From positions 11,724 through 75,723 of the forward strand of contig JBDRQF010000007.1 of NCBI GenBank assembly GCA_043826435.1: a stretch of DNA of 64,000 nt, read 5' to 3'. Of the stretch, positions 50,364 to 60,612 are shown in pieces (position 1 is the stretch's first letter; each line of letters opens with the position of its first letter). The translations under genes were made by a program, and so were the position numbers. The stretch is from Elusimicrobiota bacterium (GTDB lineage: Bacteria; Elusimicrobiota; Endomicrobiia; CG1-02-37-114; JAHJSO01). Under the pieces are notes generated by a model, which saw nothing but the letters and a program-made list of their open reading frames with translations, was not told the origin of the DNA and did not search any database.

Positions 50364-50970
50364 TTTTTCCTCCCGCGGTTTCCTTTGTAAGTCCTTTTTT
50401 CACGGCCGGAATAAAAAGGACCTGCTTCGGCAAAATCAAATCAAAATCCGGAATTTTTTCTTCATTCGCTCTCCATATCTTTACCCACATTGACCCCCGC
50501 CCGTAGTGTTTTTTCATTTTCGCTATATTCCAGAGGCAATCCCCTCGCCGGACGGTGTAACTGGCGCCCGTTTTTTTTGCTGATTTAAACTCTTCAATTG
50601 ACTGTTTTGCCAGGTCAATCGCCAGTTGATAAGCGGTGTTTTTGTGTTCTGATTTTGCTCTTTTGAGAATCGCCTGTCCTTTTGAGATATCCCTGCCCTG
50701 CTGACGGGCAATTTTCCAGTACTCACCTGCGATTGCTATTGTCTTGCGGGAACGCAGGGCGAGTTTTTGAATGTCGGTGCCGGGTTGTTTTTGCGACACT
50801 TTTTGCTGCTGTGGAATTACGATCGGCGGATGCGTCTTGTGTGTTTCCGCGGGCGGGGCGGACATGGGGGCAGGCCTTCCAGCCCTTCTCTGCTTAATCT
50901 GTGCGATGAAGAGTCCCAGTGCAAACAGAACAATCAGTATCAGGAATAGATGCAACCGCGTTAGTTTCAT
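50347..50970 (-). CDS. Membrane-anchored LysM domain protein
   Basis: N-terminal TM; YTVRRGDCLWNIA...LILPKQVLFIP. Confidence 0.85.
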   Translation of the reverse strand: MKLTRLHLFLILIVLFALGLFIAQIKQRRAGRPAPMSAPPAETHKTHPPIVIPQQQKVSQKQPGTDIQKLALRSRKTIAIAGEYWKIARQQGRDISKGQAILKRAKSEHKNTAYQLAIDLAKQSIEEFKSAKKTGASYTVRRGDCLWNIAKMKKHYGRGSMWVKIWRANEEKIPDFDLILPKQVLFIPAVKKGLTKETAGGKNGRQG

Positions 50971-51034
50971 ATAATAAACGCTTACCCCTCCGATGTCGGC
51001 TCTTCGGGTTTTATAAATGGCAGTTCCGCGGCAC

Positions 51035-52627
51035 CTATGCGAATGCCCGAAAATCAATATTCGGGAAAAGATTATCCTTGGACTCCATGTCTTTCAGAAA
51101 TTTCTCGTCAATCTGTCCTCTTTTTATCTGTTCATAGAGAGTATTGAATCTGATAATATGCTCACGGCTGCGTTTTTCTGCATATTCAACCATCGTTTTG
51201 GCTGTCATAATAAATGCCCAGTCAGACGACTGTGCCAGAAGCAGTTCCCTGGCACACTGTTTGAGGGCTCGTATCTTGAGTTCATTTTTTGTTTTTTTGT
51301 TTTCTGCCGCTATTTCAATCATTCTTTCCGCTATTTTGTGTAGGTGTCTGTATATCCAATCGTTTGTTCCGTTTAGCCAGATCTCAAAGTAACCCTTGTC
51401 CCCCCAGGAGGATGCAGACGGGGTAATAACCTGATTTTTGGGAAACATATCCAGGTATTCAGAAGGTGTAATCGGGGCAAAGACATTCTGGTCATAATGT
51501 ATTTTTCTGAATAGAAAATTAAGGAACTCCGGACCTTCATACCACCAGTGTCCGAAGAGTTCTGCATCGTACGGAGAAACCACTATCGGTTGCCTGCCGA
51601 TGCAGTCCCTTAGATGTTCAATTTGCTTTTTCCTATTGAACATAAAATTCCCGGCATGGCGGGCCGCCTTTTCAATCGCCCACACGGGGTTATATGGCTG
51701 TTTTTCATTTAGCCCGACCCTACCAGTTATCCTATGGTATTTAATGCCGACATTTCGCCTGGCCCCGTCCATATGCAGATATGGTTTTATGTAATCGTAA
51801 TCAAGGTCATAGCCGACGTCCCTGTAGAATTCCTGGTAATCAATGTCACCGGGATAGCCGACTTCGGCACTCCAGACCTGTTGTGCGGATTCAATGTCTC
51901 TGCCGAAGGCAGCGACCCCACTGGGACACAGCGCCGGGGCGAATACACCAAATTTTGGACGGGGAGTGCCATAGAGAATCCCGTGTGCTTCAAGGAAGAA
52001 AAAGGCAATGCGCTGTTCCTTAAGTAATTCATCAACCCCTGGTGTATAAGCACATTCAGCGAGCCACATACCGCGGGGAGGCCTTCCGAACTTCTCGGTA
52101 TAGTCGTCAATTGCTGTTTTAAGTTGCCCCCTGACCGCCTGTTTGTGAATCTTAAGAGGCAGGAATCCGTGCGTGGCGCAGCAGGTGACTATTTCCATTT
52201 TGCCGGTGTCCTGTAAATTCTTAAAACCGGTCAGAATGTTGCCATGATATTTTTCAAAAATCCTGCGGGCATTCTTAAATTTTGCCTCGTACATTTTCGC
52301 CGTCTCGTGAAATTCAGGCAGGTACTTTGTCCGCATCACCTCTTTTTCTGCGAGTTCGCATAGGTTGTTTATGCGGCGGGAACATCTTTGCTGAAGGAGT
52401 CCGTCTGTCATCATACCGGCGAGCGTCGGGGTGATTGACATCGTTACGCGGAAATCAATCCCTTCTTCAAGCAATTTCTCAAAACAGGAAAGCAGTGGAA
52501 TATATGTTTCAACCACCCCCTCATAAAACCAGTCCTCTTCCAGGAAGTCCTCGTATTCGGGGTGTCTGATATAGGGCAGGTGTGCATGCAGCATCAGGCA
52601 CAAGTATCCTTTTGGTTTATGTCTCAT
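51035..52627 (-). CDS. GH57 (DUF1957) glycogen-branching-type enzyme
   Basis: LHAHLPY, THGFLP, WLAEC, YDAELFGHWWYEG, AQSSDW. Confidence 0.9.
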   Translation of the reverse strand: MRHKPKGYLCLMLHAHLPYIRHPEYEDFLEEDWFYEGVVETYIPLLSCFEKLLEEGIDFRVTMSITPTLAGMMTDGLLQQRCSRRINNLCELAEKEVMRTKYLPEFHETAKMYEAKFKNARRIFEKYHGNILTGFKNLQDTGKMEIVTCCATHGFLPLKIHKQAVRGQLKTAIDDYTEKFGRPPRGMWLAECAYTPGVDELLKEQRIAFFFLEAHGILYGTPRPKFGVFAPALCPSGVAAFGRDIESAQQVWSAEVGYPGDIDYQEFYRDVGYDLDYDYIKPYLHMDGARRNVGIKYHRITGRVGLNEKQPYNPVWAIEKAARHAGNFMFNRKKQIEHLRDCIGRQPIVVSPYDAELFGHWWYEGPEFLNFLFRKIHYDQNVFAPITPSEYLDMFPKNQVITPSASSWGDKGYFEIWLNGTNDWIYRHLHKIAERMIEIAAENKKTKNELKIRALKQCARELLLAQSSDWAFIMTAKTMVEYAEKRSREHIIRFNTLYEQIKRGQIDEKFLKDMESKDNLFPNIDFRAFA

Positions 52628-52792
52628 TATTTAATTGCTCCTTTGATTGATATATTTTCCGCGACTGATACAACTGATCCCGAGTGCGACAGGGTTTCTT
52701 TGCCCGCATCCCCGGCCGCCGTCTCCATCAGCGAACAACTTCAGTTTTTACTGCCGGGCGTTTTAACCGCTTGAGTCACCCGCTTTACTGCC

Positions 52793-53698
52793 TTATTCCG
52801 TTTTTCTGGAGACGCTGAATTTTATCTGTTTCCGCATTTTTCTATCGGGAGACACCGCTTTTATCGGGATTTCTTTTTTACCATCGGGCAGTTCAAGCCG
52901 CAGTGAAAAACTGCCATCGGACTTGAGTTTAACTTTTTCTCCCGCCACGCTGAGGGTTGCGTCCGATTCCGTCGTGCCATACACAATGAGTTCGGTGTTT
53001 GCCTTTAACCAGAATTTTCTCTCTTTGGGGTATTCTTCTACGGGCGGCTGCTGCCTGAAGGAAGAAATACCTTTTGGTGAAAAAGGCATCCGGGCCGAGG
53101 AAATTGATATAATTTGTTCCCACCGCTCCCTCATCAATCTGGTTACATCAAAGGAACTTTTGCCGATGTGTTCAACCCCTGAAAGTTCCAGCAGCCGCTC
53201 AAACTCTTTTTGCAATATACCCCACTTTTCGTCTGTAATCGGCGACACGCCATACCGGGGCATATTTACAATGTTTGAACGAGCAATAAGGACAAATTTG
53301 CCGTTGGCAAGAACAACACCAAGGTCAACACACCATGTACGGTTTGCCTCGGGAATGTTTACGTACCAGGTGTCCGCCGAAGCATCCACGGACACATCAA
53401 AATCCCCGTGTGCATTGGTCCCATCAAATTTGATGTCAGTCACATCATAGACCCTGAGGGTGAGTCCCCTGCTGAAAATCCTGCTGCCATGTTGTTTTTT
53501 TAGTTTTCTGCGCACCCCCGCGCTAATCTCCCAGTAGGTGAATGCCCAGTACGGGTCACGGGGCATAAACACAATTTTTGTGTCACCGTATTCCTTTGGC
53601 AACCCGTGTTTTTCTGTTGCAACCTTTGTTTTTGGCGAAGGTCTACCCGCCCTGCTTGTCCTGCTCGTCAGTGAAGATGATGAAGCATTTTTTGCCAT
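52793..53698 (-). CDS. DUF4912 domain protein
   Basis: LPKEYG...PRDPYW, LRVYDVT, IARSN, ELIVYG. Confidence 0.85.
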   Translation of the reverse strand: MAKNASSSSLTSRTSRAGRPSPKTKVATEKHGLPKEYGDTKIVFMPRDPYWAFTYWEISAGVRRKLKKQHGSRIFSRGLTLRVYDVTDIKFDGTNAHGDFDVSVDASADTWYVNIPEANRTWCVDLGVVLANGKFVLIARSNIVNMPRYGVSPITDEKWGILQKEFERLLELSGVEHIGKSSFDVTRLMRERWEQIISISSARMPFSPKGISSFRQQPPVEEYPKERKFWLKANTELIVYGTTESDATLSVAGEKVKLKSDGSFSLRLELPDGKKEIPIKAVSPDRKMRKQIKFSVSRKTE

Positions 53699-53868
53699 GA
53701 AAAACACCCCCTGTTATTAGTTATGTCTTTTCTCCATATAAAATCCTCGGACTTAATTCTGTCTTTTGAATTTAATCCCTCAATCATTTTAGAGAGATCT
53801 TGACTTAAATCAAAATCTATCTTACGCAGGTAATTGTATTCCAACTGTTCTATTTCTTTCAAATTCAT
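53668..53868 (-). pseudogene. Short ORF after the MTase; probable remnant of a cognate endonuclease
   Basis: MNLKEIEQLEYNYLRKIDFDLSQDLSKMIEGLNSKDRIK...; GGAG RBS; AT-rich; reads into the RBS and start of the DUF4912 gene. Confidence 0.4.
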
Positions 53869-55189
53869 AATGTTGCTCCTGTGAAACCACTTGAATATCT
53901 CCACATCTTTTTCTAATTATATTCAGGAATTGTGATTGCAATTCAATCAAAATGGATTTCCGTTCTAATTCTTGGGCAACCTTACCAGTTGTTCCTGAGC
54001 CAGCAAACGGGTCAAGCACTATGCCATCGGGTGGACAACAAGCTGAAATTGCCATTCTAGGTAATTCTTCCGGAAATACGGAAAAATGTTTTTCAGATGA
54101 TTTAGATGTCTTCATAATCCATAAATTGCCGGGGTTTTTACCCTGGGGATGTTTTCTAATCATTTGTAACACATAATGGGTTTCGGTCATTGCTTTATCA
54201 TATTCATCATCAAAGTCCAGAATCCTTTTTAGTTTTATCCAGTCGTCTGGTAGAGGCAGAGAACCGCCGGCATCTTTGCGGAACCAATGGCCCGCAGTAT
54301 GGTCATAACCTAAAAGTTTATCTATTTCTTTGGTTGAAATTCCTTTTTTCTCTCTATATCTGCGAAGATAATCACAAATAATTTCTTGAGGAATTTCTGT
54401 TTTTCTCTTTTTAATGTATCTTATACCGGTGACCGATGCCCTTCCGCCAGGGGAAGCGCCAATGTTTGTTTCATTTCCTTTAAATTTACCATGATACATT
54501 AGTTTTCCGTTTATTTCTTCTATCCGTGGTAATAGTTTTTTGTAGTCCCCTTCACTCAATACTTCTGATAATCCAAAATGACTCTCTTTTTCTATGGATT
54601 TGTACGGTACCCGAATCGTATCCAGATTAAAATAGACATCCTTTTCCCAGTCATCCCGAGTAAAAAAGAATATTGGTTCATAAGTATTTGTAAATCTGCA
54701 TTTTGCCGGTGATGGCATATGATTGGGTTTGTGCCAAACTATTTGATTTCTTAGAAGCCACCCTGTTTTTTTTCTGTTTCTCCCGATTATCTCAACATCC
54801 TGAATCATTTTGAGGGCAACTCGTTGAGGAATCATCTGCAAACCCTTATCAAGATAAGTGTCCCCCATATTTAGAAAATATGCCCCATCTTTCTTAAGAA
54901 CTCTCAATAATTCTCTTGATATTTCAACCATTTTGTCTATATACTCTTCAGGTGTTTTTTCCTGGCCAATTTGATTTTCAATATAATAATCTCGTAACTT
55001 CCAGTAAGGTGGTGATGTAACAACACAGGAAATTGATTCAGATGGAATCTTTTTCAATATATCCAGCACATCGCCCAAAATCACTATAGGTCTGGTGTCA
55101 TTATTATCCCCCAATAAATTACCACAGTGATAAATTGATGGTATTTCTCGCGAATAGGACTTTTGTTTTTTCTTTCGTTTATATTTCAT
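53822..55189 (-). CDS. DNA amino-methyltransferase (beta order) with internal HTH-like insert
   Basis: TSPPY near N-terminus, DPFAGSGTT near C-terminus; YLRRYREKKGISTKEIDKLLG...HWF insert. Confidence 0.88.
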   Translation of the reverse strand: MKYKRKKKQKSYSREIPSIYHCGNLLGDNNDTRPIVILGDVLDILKKIPSESISCVVTSPPYWKLRDYYIENQIGQEKTPEEYIDKMVEISRELLRVLKKDGAYFLNMGDTYLDKGLQMIPQRVALKMIQDVEIIGRNRKKTGWLLRNQIVWHKPNHMPSPAKCRFTNTYEPIFFFTRDDWEKDVYFNLDTIRVPYKSIEKESHFGLSEVLSEGDYKKLLPRIEEINGKLMYHGKFKGNETNIGASPGGRASVTGIRYIKKRKTEIPQEIICDYLRRYREKKGISTKEIDKLLGYDHTAGHWFRKDAGGSLPLPDDWIKLKRILDFDDEYDKAMTETHYVLQMIRKHPQGKNPGNLWIMKTSKSSEKHFSVFPEELPRMAISACCPPDGIVLDPFAGSGTTGKVAQELERKSILIELQSQFLNIIRKRCGDIQVVSQEQHYEFERNRTVGIQLPA

Positions 55190-55204
55190 TTTTATTTTAG
55201 ATTA

Positions 55205-56047
55205 TCAAATTTTAACATTTTTATTTTTTGTCAATTCATAAAACAAAATTGCACTGGCAGAAGCAACATTCAGAGAATTTACTCTCGGACCACCTGCAGC
55301 AGGGTTGGCTGCGACCGGAGCGCCCTCCTCTAAGATACGGGCAGTGCCCCCAGCACATATTATAGGAATATTCACAAGAAAATCGCATTTTTCCCTGATA
55401 AGTCGACCCATACCAGTTCCCTCACTACCCAGCACGACCGCAACAGGTAATTTTTCCTTCCACCTGTTTGAAAACTCGCCTATCGGTTCGCCCGATGAAC
55501 TATCAGTTCCCACTATCCAGAATCCCGATTTTTTCAACATTTCCATTGCATACGATAAATTACTAACCTGTGCCACCGGGATATATTCTACTGCCCCGGC
55601 AGAAACTTTCGCAACGGTGTCTGTAATGCCGGATGAGTTTCGTTTGGTTATGACAACCCCTATGATACCAAAAAAACAGGCGTTCCGCAATATGCCTCCG
55701 AAATTCTGCGGGTCAGTAATTTTATCAAGCAGGCAAATAATAGGGAGAACGATTGTTTCACTTTTTGCTTTTTCAATTAGAGATTCAAGTGAAACATATT
55801 CTTTTGCTTCACTTGCAATAAGTATTACTATTACGCCCTGGTGATTTCCCCCCCGGGCGAGTGCGTTCAATTTTTCTTTTGGGACAAATTGATATATAAC
55901 CCTTGACATCCGTGCTAACTGAATAATCTCTTGAATAGTATTTCCACCGACTCCCTTGCCCGCAGTATTAGATATGAGTAACTTATTTATTTTTTTTGGA
56001 CGATTTTTCATCGCCTCAAGAACGGAATTTTTGCCGTAGATTATCAT
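55205..56047 (-). CDS. rlmB: 23S rRNA 2'-O-methyltransferase (SPOUT, TrmH family)
   Basis: NHQGV, DPQNFG, GSEG, SLNVA; follows cysS. Confidence 0.9.
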   Translation of the reverse strand: MIIYGKNSVLEAMKNRPKKINKLLISNTAGKGVGGNTIQEIIQLARMSRVIYQFVPKEKLNALARGGNHQGVIVILIASEAKEYVSLESLIEKAKSETIVLPIICLLDKITDPQNFGGILRNACFFGIIGVVITKRNSSGITDTVAKVSAGAVEYIPVAQVSNLSYAMEMLKKSGFWIVGTDSSSGEPIGEFSNRWKEKLPVAVVLGSEGTGMGRLIREKCDFLVNIPIICAGGTARILEEGAPVAANPAAGGPRVNSLNVASASAILFYELTKNKNVKI

Positions 56048-56049
56048 GA

Positions 56050-57462
56050 TTATTCTGTCTTTTTTACCCGCGGGCCGTATGGCGTATCCTCAACCAGATA
56101 GCCCTTCTTAAGTATTTTGTCCCTGAGTTCGTCTGATTCCCTCCACCTCTTTTTCTTTCTTGCCTCTTCACGAAGAGCAACAAGGTCAGTGATATCCTTT
56201 TCAACCCGGCCCGCACCGGGCAGTTTGAGGCCCAGTATGTCGCACATCTGCGCCATTTTATATAGATTGTATTCTGGAGCCGCTATGTTTAATCCGGCAG
56301 GCCTGTCCTTTTCAAAAAGATAGAGCCGGTTGACTATACGGTGGAGCGAAGCAACTGCCTCCGCCGTGTTAAAATCGTCGTCCATACTACTGATAAAACC
56401 GGACATTATCGCGTCCACCTGCATTTTTTCCGCATCGGCGAGCGGCCCGCCCGGCAGAATACCTAACAGGTTTTCCGTATTCTCTTTTACCCGCAGTACC
56501 CGCTCCCAGGCACTCTTTGCCTGTTCAAGCCGGTCGTCGGAAAAATCCAGCGGCGTCCTGTAGTGCTGGGATATTAAAAACAGGCGGACAACGATCGGGT
56601 CGTATTTGGCCAGTATGTCTTTCAGGGAGAAGAAATTCCCGAGTGACTTGGACATCTTTTCCTTATTTATAGTGACGAAGCCGTTATGGACCCAGTATCT
56701 GGCAAACGGCTTGCCGGTTATCGCCTCCGACTGGGCGATTTCATTTTCGTGGTGCGGGAATATCAGGTCCTGGCCGCCGCCGTGCACGTCAAGGGTGTTG
56801 GTTTTCAGGTAATCAAGCGCCATCGCCGAACACTCTATGTGCCAGCCGGGCCGGCCCGTGCCCCAGGGGCTGTCCCATGACGGTTCACCTGGCTTTGCGC
56901 TTTTCCACAGGGCGAAATCAAGCGGGGCCTTTTTATTTTTGTCAACCTCCACCCGTGCCCCTGCCTTGAGTTCATCGGGGTTGCGTTTTGAAAGTTTGCC
57001 GTAACCCGGAAATTTAGCGACGGAAAAATACACGTCGCCGTTGACGACGTAGGCATAACCCTTTTCAATAAGGGAAGATGTCATTCTGACAATCTGCGGT
57101 ATAAAATGCGTTGCCAGCGGGTAAAAGTCAGCCGGGAGTATGTTTAATTTGTCCCTGTATTGAAAAAAATCCTGTATGTATTTTTCGCTGATTTCAGAGG
57201 GTGGTACGCCCATCTCATTGCTCTTTTTGATGATTTTGTCGTCAATATCCGTGAAGTTCTGTATGAACCTGACAATGTAACCGCTGTACTCAAGATACCG
57301 CCTGAAAACGTCAAAAAAGACATAGCACCTGGCGTGGCCGAGGTGGCATTCGTCGTAAGGTGTTATGCCGCACACATACATTTTTACCTCGCCCGGGAAG
57401 AGCGGGGTGAATTTTTCCTTTTTGCCCGTAAGGGTGTTGTGGATAGTTAACAGGGTAGACAT
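56050..57462 (-). CDS. cysS: Cysteinyl-tRNA synthetase
   Basis: CGIT, HLGH, GRPGWHIECS, KMSKS. Confidence 0.97.
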   Translation of the reverse strand: MSTLLTIHNTLTGKKEKFTPLFPGEVKMYVCGITPYDECHLGHARCYVFFDVFRRYLEYSGYIVRFIQNFTDIDDKIIKKSNEMGVPPSEISEKYIQDFFQYRDKLNILPADFYPLATHFIPQIVRMTSSLIEKGYAYVVNGDVYFSVAKFPGYGKLSKRNPDELKAGARVEVDKNKKAPLDFALWKSAKPGEPSWDSPWGTGRPGWHIECSAMALDYLKTNTLDVHGGGQDLIFPHHENEIAQSEAITGKPFARYWVHNGFVTINKEKMSKSLGNFFSLKDILAKYDPIVVRLFLISQHYRTPLDFSDDRLEQAKSAWERVLRVKENTENLLGILPGGPLADAEKMQVDAIMSGFISSMDDDFNTAEAVASLHRIVNRLYLFEKDRPAGLNIAAPEYNLYKMAQMCDILGLKLPGAGRVEKDITDLVALREEARKKKRWRESDELRDKILKKGYLVEDTPYGPRVKKTE

Positions 57463-57557
57463 GTTTTCTATTTGTTTTCCGGGTAGTTTAAGAATTATTT
57501 TATTGAATATCCCTTATAGGGTATCCTTGTTTTTATGCTGGAGTATGATTTGATTTA

Positions 57558-58046
57558 TTAAACGTCTTCTATCAAGCACACCGCCCAGGCACATATACCC
57601 TTGCCTTTTCCGATTTCACCAAGTCCCTCGTTTGTCGTTGCTTTTATATTAACATTTTTTGTGTGAAGAATTCGTGAAATGTTTTTTTTCATTTCCGGAT
57701 AATGTCCGCTTATTTTCGGTTCCTCCGCGACAACCGTGGAGTCAATATTTACGACCCTGTATCCCTTTTTTTGAAGTATCTCCCGGACTTTTTTTAGTAT
57801 AACCCCGCTGGAAACATTTTTGTATTTCTTATCAGTATTCGGAAAATGCACCCCGATATCCCGGTGTCCCGCTGCCCCCAGGAGTGCGTCGGATATGGCG
57901 TGGAGTAAAACATCTGCATCGGAATGTCCCGAAAGCCCGTATCGGTATGGAATACTTACCCCGCCCAGAACAAGTTTCCTGTTTTTTGTAAATTTGTGAA
58001 TATCGTAGCCGATGCCGATTCTGATTTTCATGCCCGTATTCCCCAT
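57558..58046 (-). CDS. ispF: MECDP synthase
   Basis: GYDIH, GHSDADV, KATTNE. Confidence 0.95.
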   Translation of the reverse strand: MGNTGMKIRIGIGYDIHKFTKNRKLVLGGVSIPYRYGLSGHSDADVLLHAISDALLGAAGHRDIGVHFPNTDKKYKNVSSGVILKKVREILQKKGYRVVNIDSTVVAEEPKISGHYPEMKKNISRILHTKNVNIKATTNEGLGEIGKGKGICAWAVCLIEDV

Positions 58047-58064
58047 GCCCTCATTCCCATGCCC

Positions 58065-58778
58065 CTAAAATTTCTTTGCGAGTGCCTGCGCTATGGCAAA
58101 GTCAGTCCTTGTTGTAATCTTTATGTTGGAGGGTGAAGTCGGAACTATGGCCACCCTGTGTCCCATAATCTCTACAACCCGCGCGTCGTCGGTTGTGCCG
58201 GGAGGGATGTTCCCGTTATAAGCGGTGAGGAGCAGATCCCGTCTGAACGCCTGCGGTGTCTGTACGAGGAAAACGTTGTCTCTGTTGAGAGTTTCCCGGA
58301 CGAAAAAAACGCCCCGCGAACCTTTATTGACGCCGGTGCCGGCGCCGGTATGTCCGGTCTTTACCGTGTCGGTGGAAGGACAAGCGCATATTGCGGCGCC
58401 GTATCTCTTCGCGGCAAAGATACAGCGAGAGACGTCATCCCTGGACACAAAGGGCCTGACGCCGTCATGGATGCACACTATATCAAAAACCGCCGGGACA
58501 TGCCTGAGGGCATTCCTGACTGAATCATACCTCTCCGCGCCGCCTTCAACAATATCTGTCCGTGGGTATTTCTTAATTATGTCTTTTAACCGGCCGGTTT
58601 CTCCTGTTTCTCCCGGCGGCAGAACGACCAGCAGTTTGCCGGAGAAAGGCAGAAACCTTTCAACCGACCACAACAATATGTGTTTCCCCGCAAGTTTAAG
58701 GAATTGTTTTTTGGCGCCGAACCTTTTACCACTGCCTGCAGCGAGTATTATTGAGCAGATTTTTGTTCTTTCAAGCAC
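58065..58778 (-). CDS. ispD: MEP cytidylyltransferase
   Basis: LAAGSGKR, HDGVRP, QTPQ, TDD, KITT. Confidence 0.95.
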   Translation of the reverse strand: MLERTKICSIILAAGSGKRFGAKKQFLKLAGKHILLWSVERFLPFSGKLLVVLPPGETGETGRLKDIIKKYPRTDIVEGGAERYDSVRNALRHVPAVFDIVCIHDGVRPFVSRDDVSRCIFAAKRYGAAICACPSTDTVKTGHTGAGTGVNKGSRGVFFVRETLNRDNVFLVQTPQAFRRDLLLTAYNGNIPPGTTDDARVVEIMGHRVAIVPTSPSNIKITTRTDFAIAQALAKKF

Positions 58779-58793
58779 GTAAACACTTCCCCG

Positions 58794-59771
58794 CTACTTC
58801 GGCCTGGTGAATATCATCCTGCCGGCGGACGTCTGAAGCATTGATGTGACGACGACGTCTATTTTCCTGCCTACAAACTTTCTGCCTTCCTCAATTACAA
58901 TCATTGTACCGTCATCAAGGTACCCGACTCCCTGGTCCCGTTCCTTGCCTTCTTTAACCACATAGACGTTCAACATTTCGCCGGGGAGAAATATGGGCTT
59001 GAGGGCGCTCGCGAGGTCGTTGATGTTCAGAACAATCACCCCCTGCAGGGTCGCAATCTTGTTCAGGTTGAAGTCAGTTGTAAGAATTAGCCCGTTCATT
59101 TCCTTGGCGAGGGCGACAAGTTTTGTGTCAACGTCTTTCCACTCGGGGTAATCCTTGTCGTAAACCTTTACCAGAAGGTCCGATTCTTCCTGGAGACGGT
59201 GCAGGATTTCCAGCCCCCTGCGGGCTCTCGTCCGTTTGTTTGTGTCTGCGGAGTCGGCAAGTTTTTGCATCTCAGCCAGTACGAACTGCGGGATTATAAG
59301 CGGTCCCATGAGGAATTTTGTTTCGCAGATGTCGGCTATCCTGCCGTCAATAATTATGCTTGTGTCAAGTATTTTCATCTGTTCCTGATTTTTACCGCTG
59401 CCCCTGCGCAGGATGTCTTTATCAAGCAGGTCCACCTCTTCCTTCTTTCTTACTGCAACGAGGATGCCAGTTACTACAATGGCAGACTTCACAAGCAACG
59501 AATATTTCCCCATAATTTCCGATATGGCGTCGTTGTCAAGCGAAAGCAACCCGTATTCCACCAGGTTGCCTGTGACAAAACCGAGGACAGCCCCTATGCC
59601 GGATGCAACGAGCGTATCAAGTTTTATCCGGCTGATGAGCAGTTCAAGGGCGATTATGGCACAGGAAACGGCGAATCCTGTGAGTATTCCCCGGATGTTT
59701 CCGGCGATATGAAAATATCCGATTGATGTAAGCGCAACAACAATAATAGATCTGATTATCCACAATGTCAA
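58794..59771 (-). CDS. PIN/TRAM domain membrane protein (YacL-like)
   Basis: DTSIIIDGRI, DFNLNK, GVGYLDDGTM, QTSAGRMIF. Confidence 0.92.
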   Translation of the reverse strand: MTLWIIRSIIVVALTSIGYFHIAGNIRGILTGFAVSCAIIALELLISRIKLDTLVASGIGAVLGFVTGNLVEYGLLSLDNDAISEIMGKYSLLVKSAIVVTGILVAVRKKEEVDLLDKDILRRGSGKNQEQMKILDTSIIIDGRIADICETKFLMGPLIIPQFVLAEMQKLADSADTNKRTRARRGLEILHRLQEESDLLVKVYDKDYPEWKDVDTKLVALAKEMNGLILTTDFNLNKIATLQGVIVLNINDLASALKPIFLPGEMLNVYVVKEGKERDQGVGYLDDGTMIVIEEGRKFVGRKIDVVVTSMLQTSAGRMIFTRPK

Positions 59772-59777
59772 TTTTTG

Positions 59778-60611
59778 TCACCTCCTTTCTGTAATGACTT
59801 TCCGCATTATATCAAGCGGAGCCTTTCTGTCCGTCCATAGTTCAAATGCAGCGGCGCCCTGGAACAGAAGCATTTCCATCCCGTCCATATGCCCGGCGCC
59901 AAGTCGTTCCGCCTGTCTTAAAAGTTGCGTCTTTGCATTGTAAACGATGTCGTATATGAACATGCCCTTCCTTAACAGGGACGGGTCAAGAACGCACCTG
60001 TCTTTTTTATTCATGCCCGACGTTGAAGCGTTGACGACTATGTCCGTTTCAGTCGCCACCCTTTCCGGAGAGGATGTCGTTTCAGCCCGGGCGAGCCCCT
60101 TTTTTGAATTTATCTTCCCTGCAAGGACGGATGCCTTTTTGCCTAAGATATCGTATATAAAAAGTTTACGGACATTTTCCCTTGAGAGTGCAAAAGAGAC
60201 GGAACTACCCGCCCCGCCGGCGCCTATAACAAGGACCGTTTTCCCGTGAAGAGATGTTGCGGATTTTATTGATTTTATAAAACCCGTGCCGTCGGTGTTA
60301 TACCCGCAGGCATTCCCGTTTTCAAAGACCACGGTGTTTACGGCGCCAACGTTTTCTGCCAGCGGGTCAAGTTTGTCCATGTATTTTACTACCCGTTCCT
60401 TGTGAGGGACCGTTACGTTGATGCCTCGGACGTTCAGCGCCTTAAAGCCCTTTATGGCATCCCCCAATTCAGACGGCTTAACAAGGAAAGGAACATAAAC
60501 AAAATTTAGTTTAAGGTGATTAAAGGCGGCGTTGTGCATCAGGGGCGAAAGCGTATGTTTCACCGGGGAACCTATGATGCCTGTAATTTTCGTAGCGCCG
60601 GATATCGCCAT
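59778..60611 (-). CDS. aroE: Shikimate dehydrogenase
   Basis: LSPLMHN, NVTVPHK, NTDG, GAGGA. Confidence 0.94.
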   Translation of the reverse strand: MAISGATKITGIIGSPVKHTLSPLMHNAAFNHLKLNFVYVPFLVKPSELGDAIKGFKALNVRGINVTVPHKERVVKYMDKLDPLAENVGAVNTVVFENGNACGYNTDGTGFIKSIKSATSLHGKTVLVIGAGGAGSSVSFALSRENVRKLFIYDILGKKASVLAGKINSKKGLARAETTSSPERVATETDIVVNASTSGMNKKDRCVLDPSLLRKGMFIYDIVYNAKTQLLRQAERLGAGHMDGMEMLLFQGAAAFELWTDRKAPLDIMRKVITERR

Positions 60612-60612
60612 C

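Noticed and set aside
52628..52792. Possible 33-codon minus-strand ORF or ncRNA between DUF4912 and GH57
   Set aside because: No clear RBS, motif or convincing structure.
57463..57557. T-box leader for cysS
   Set aside because: Spacer is too short and lacks the T-box consensus.
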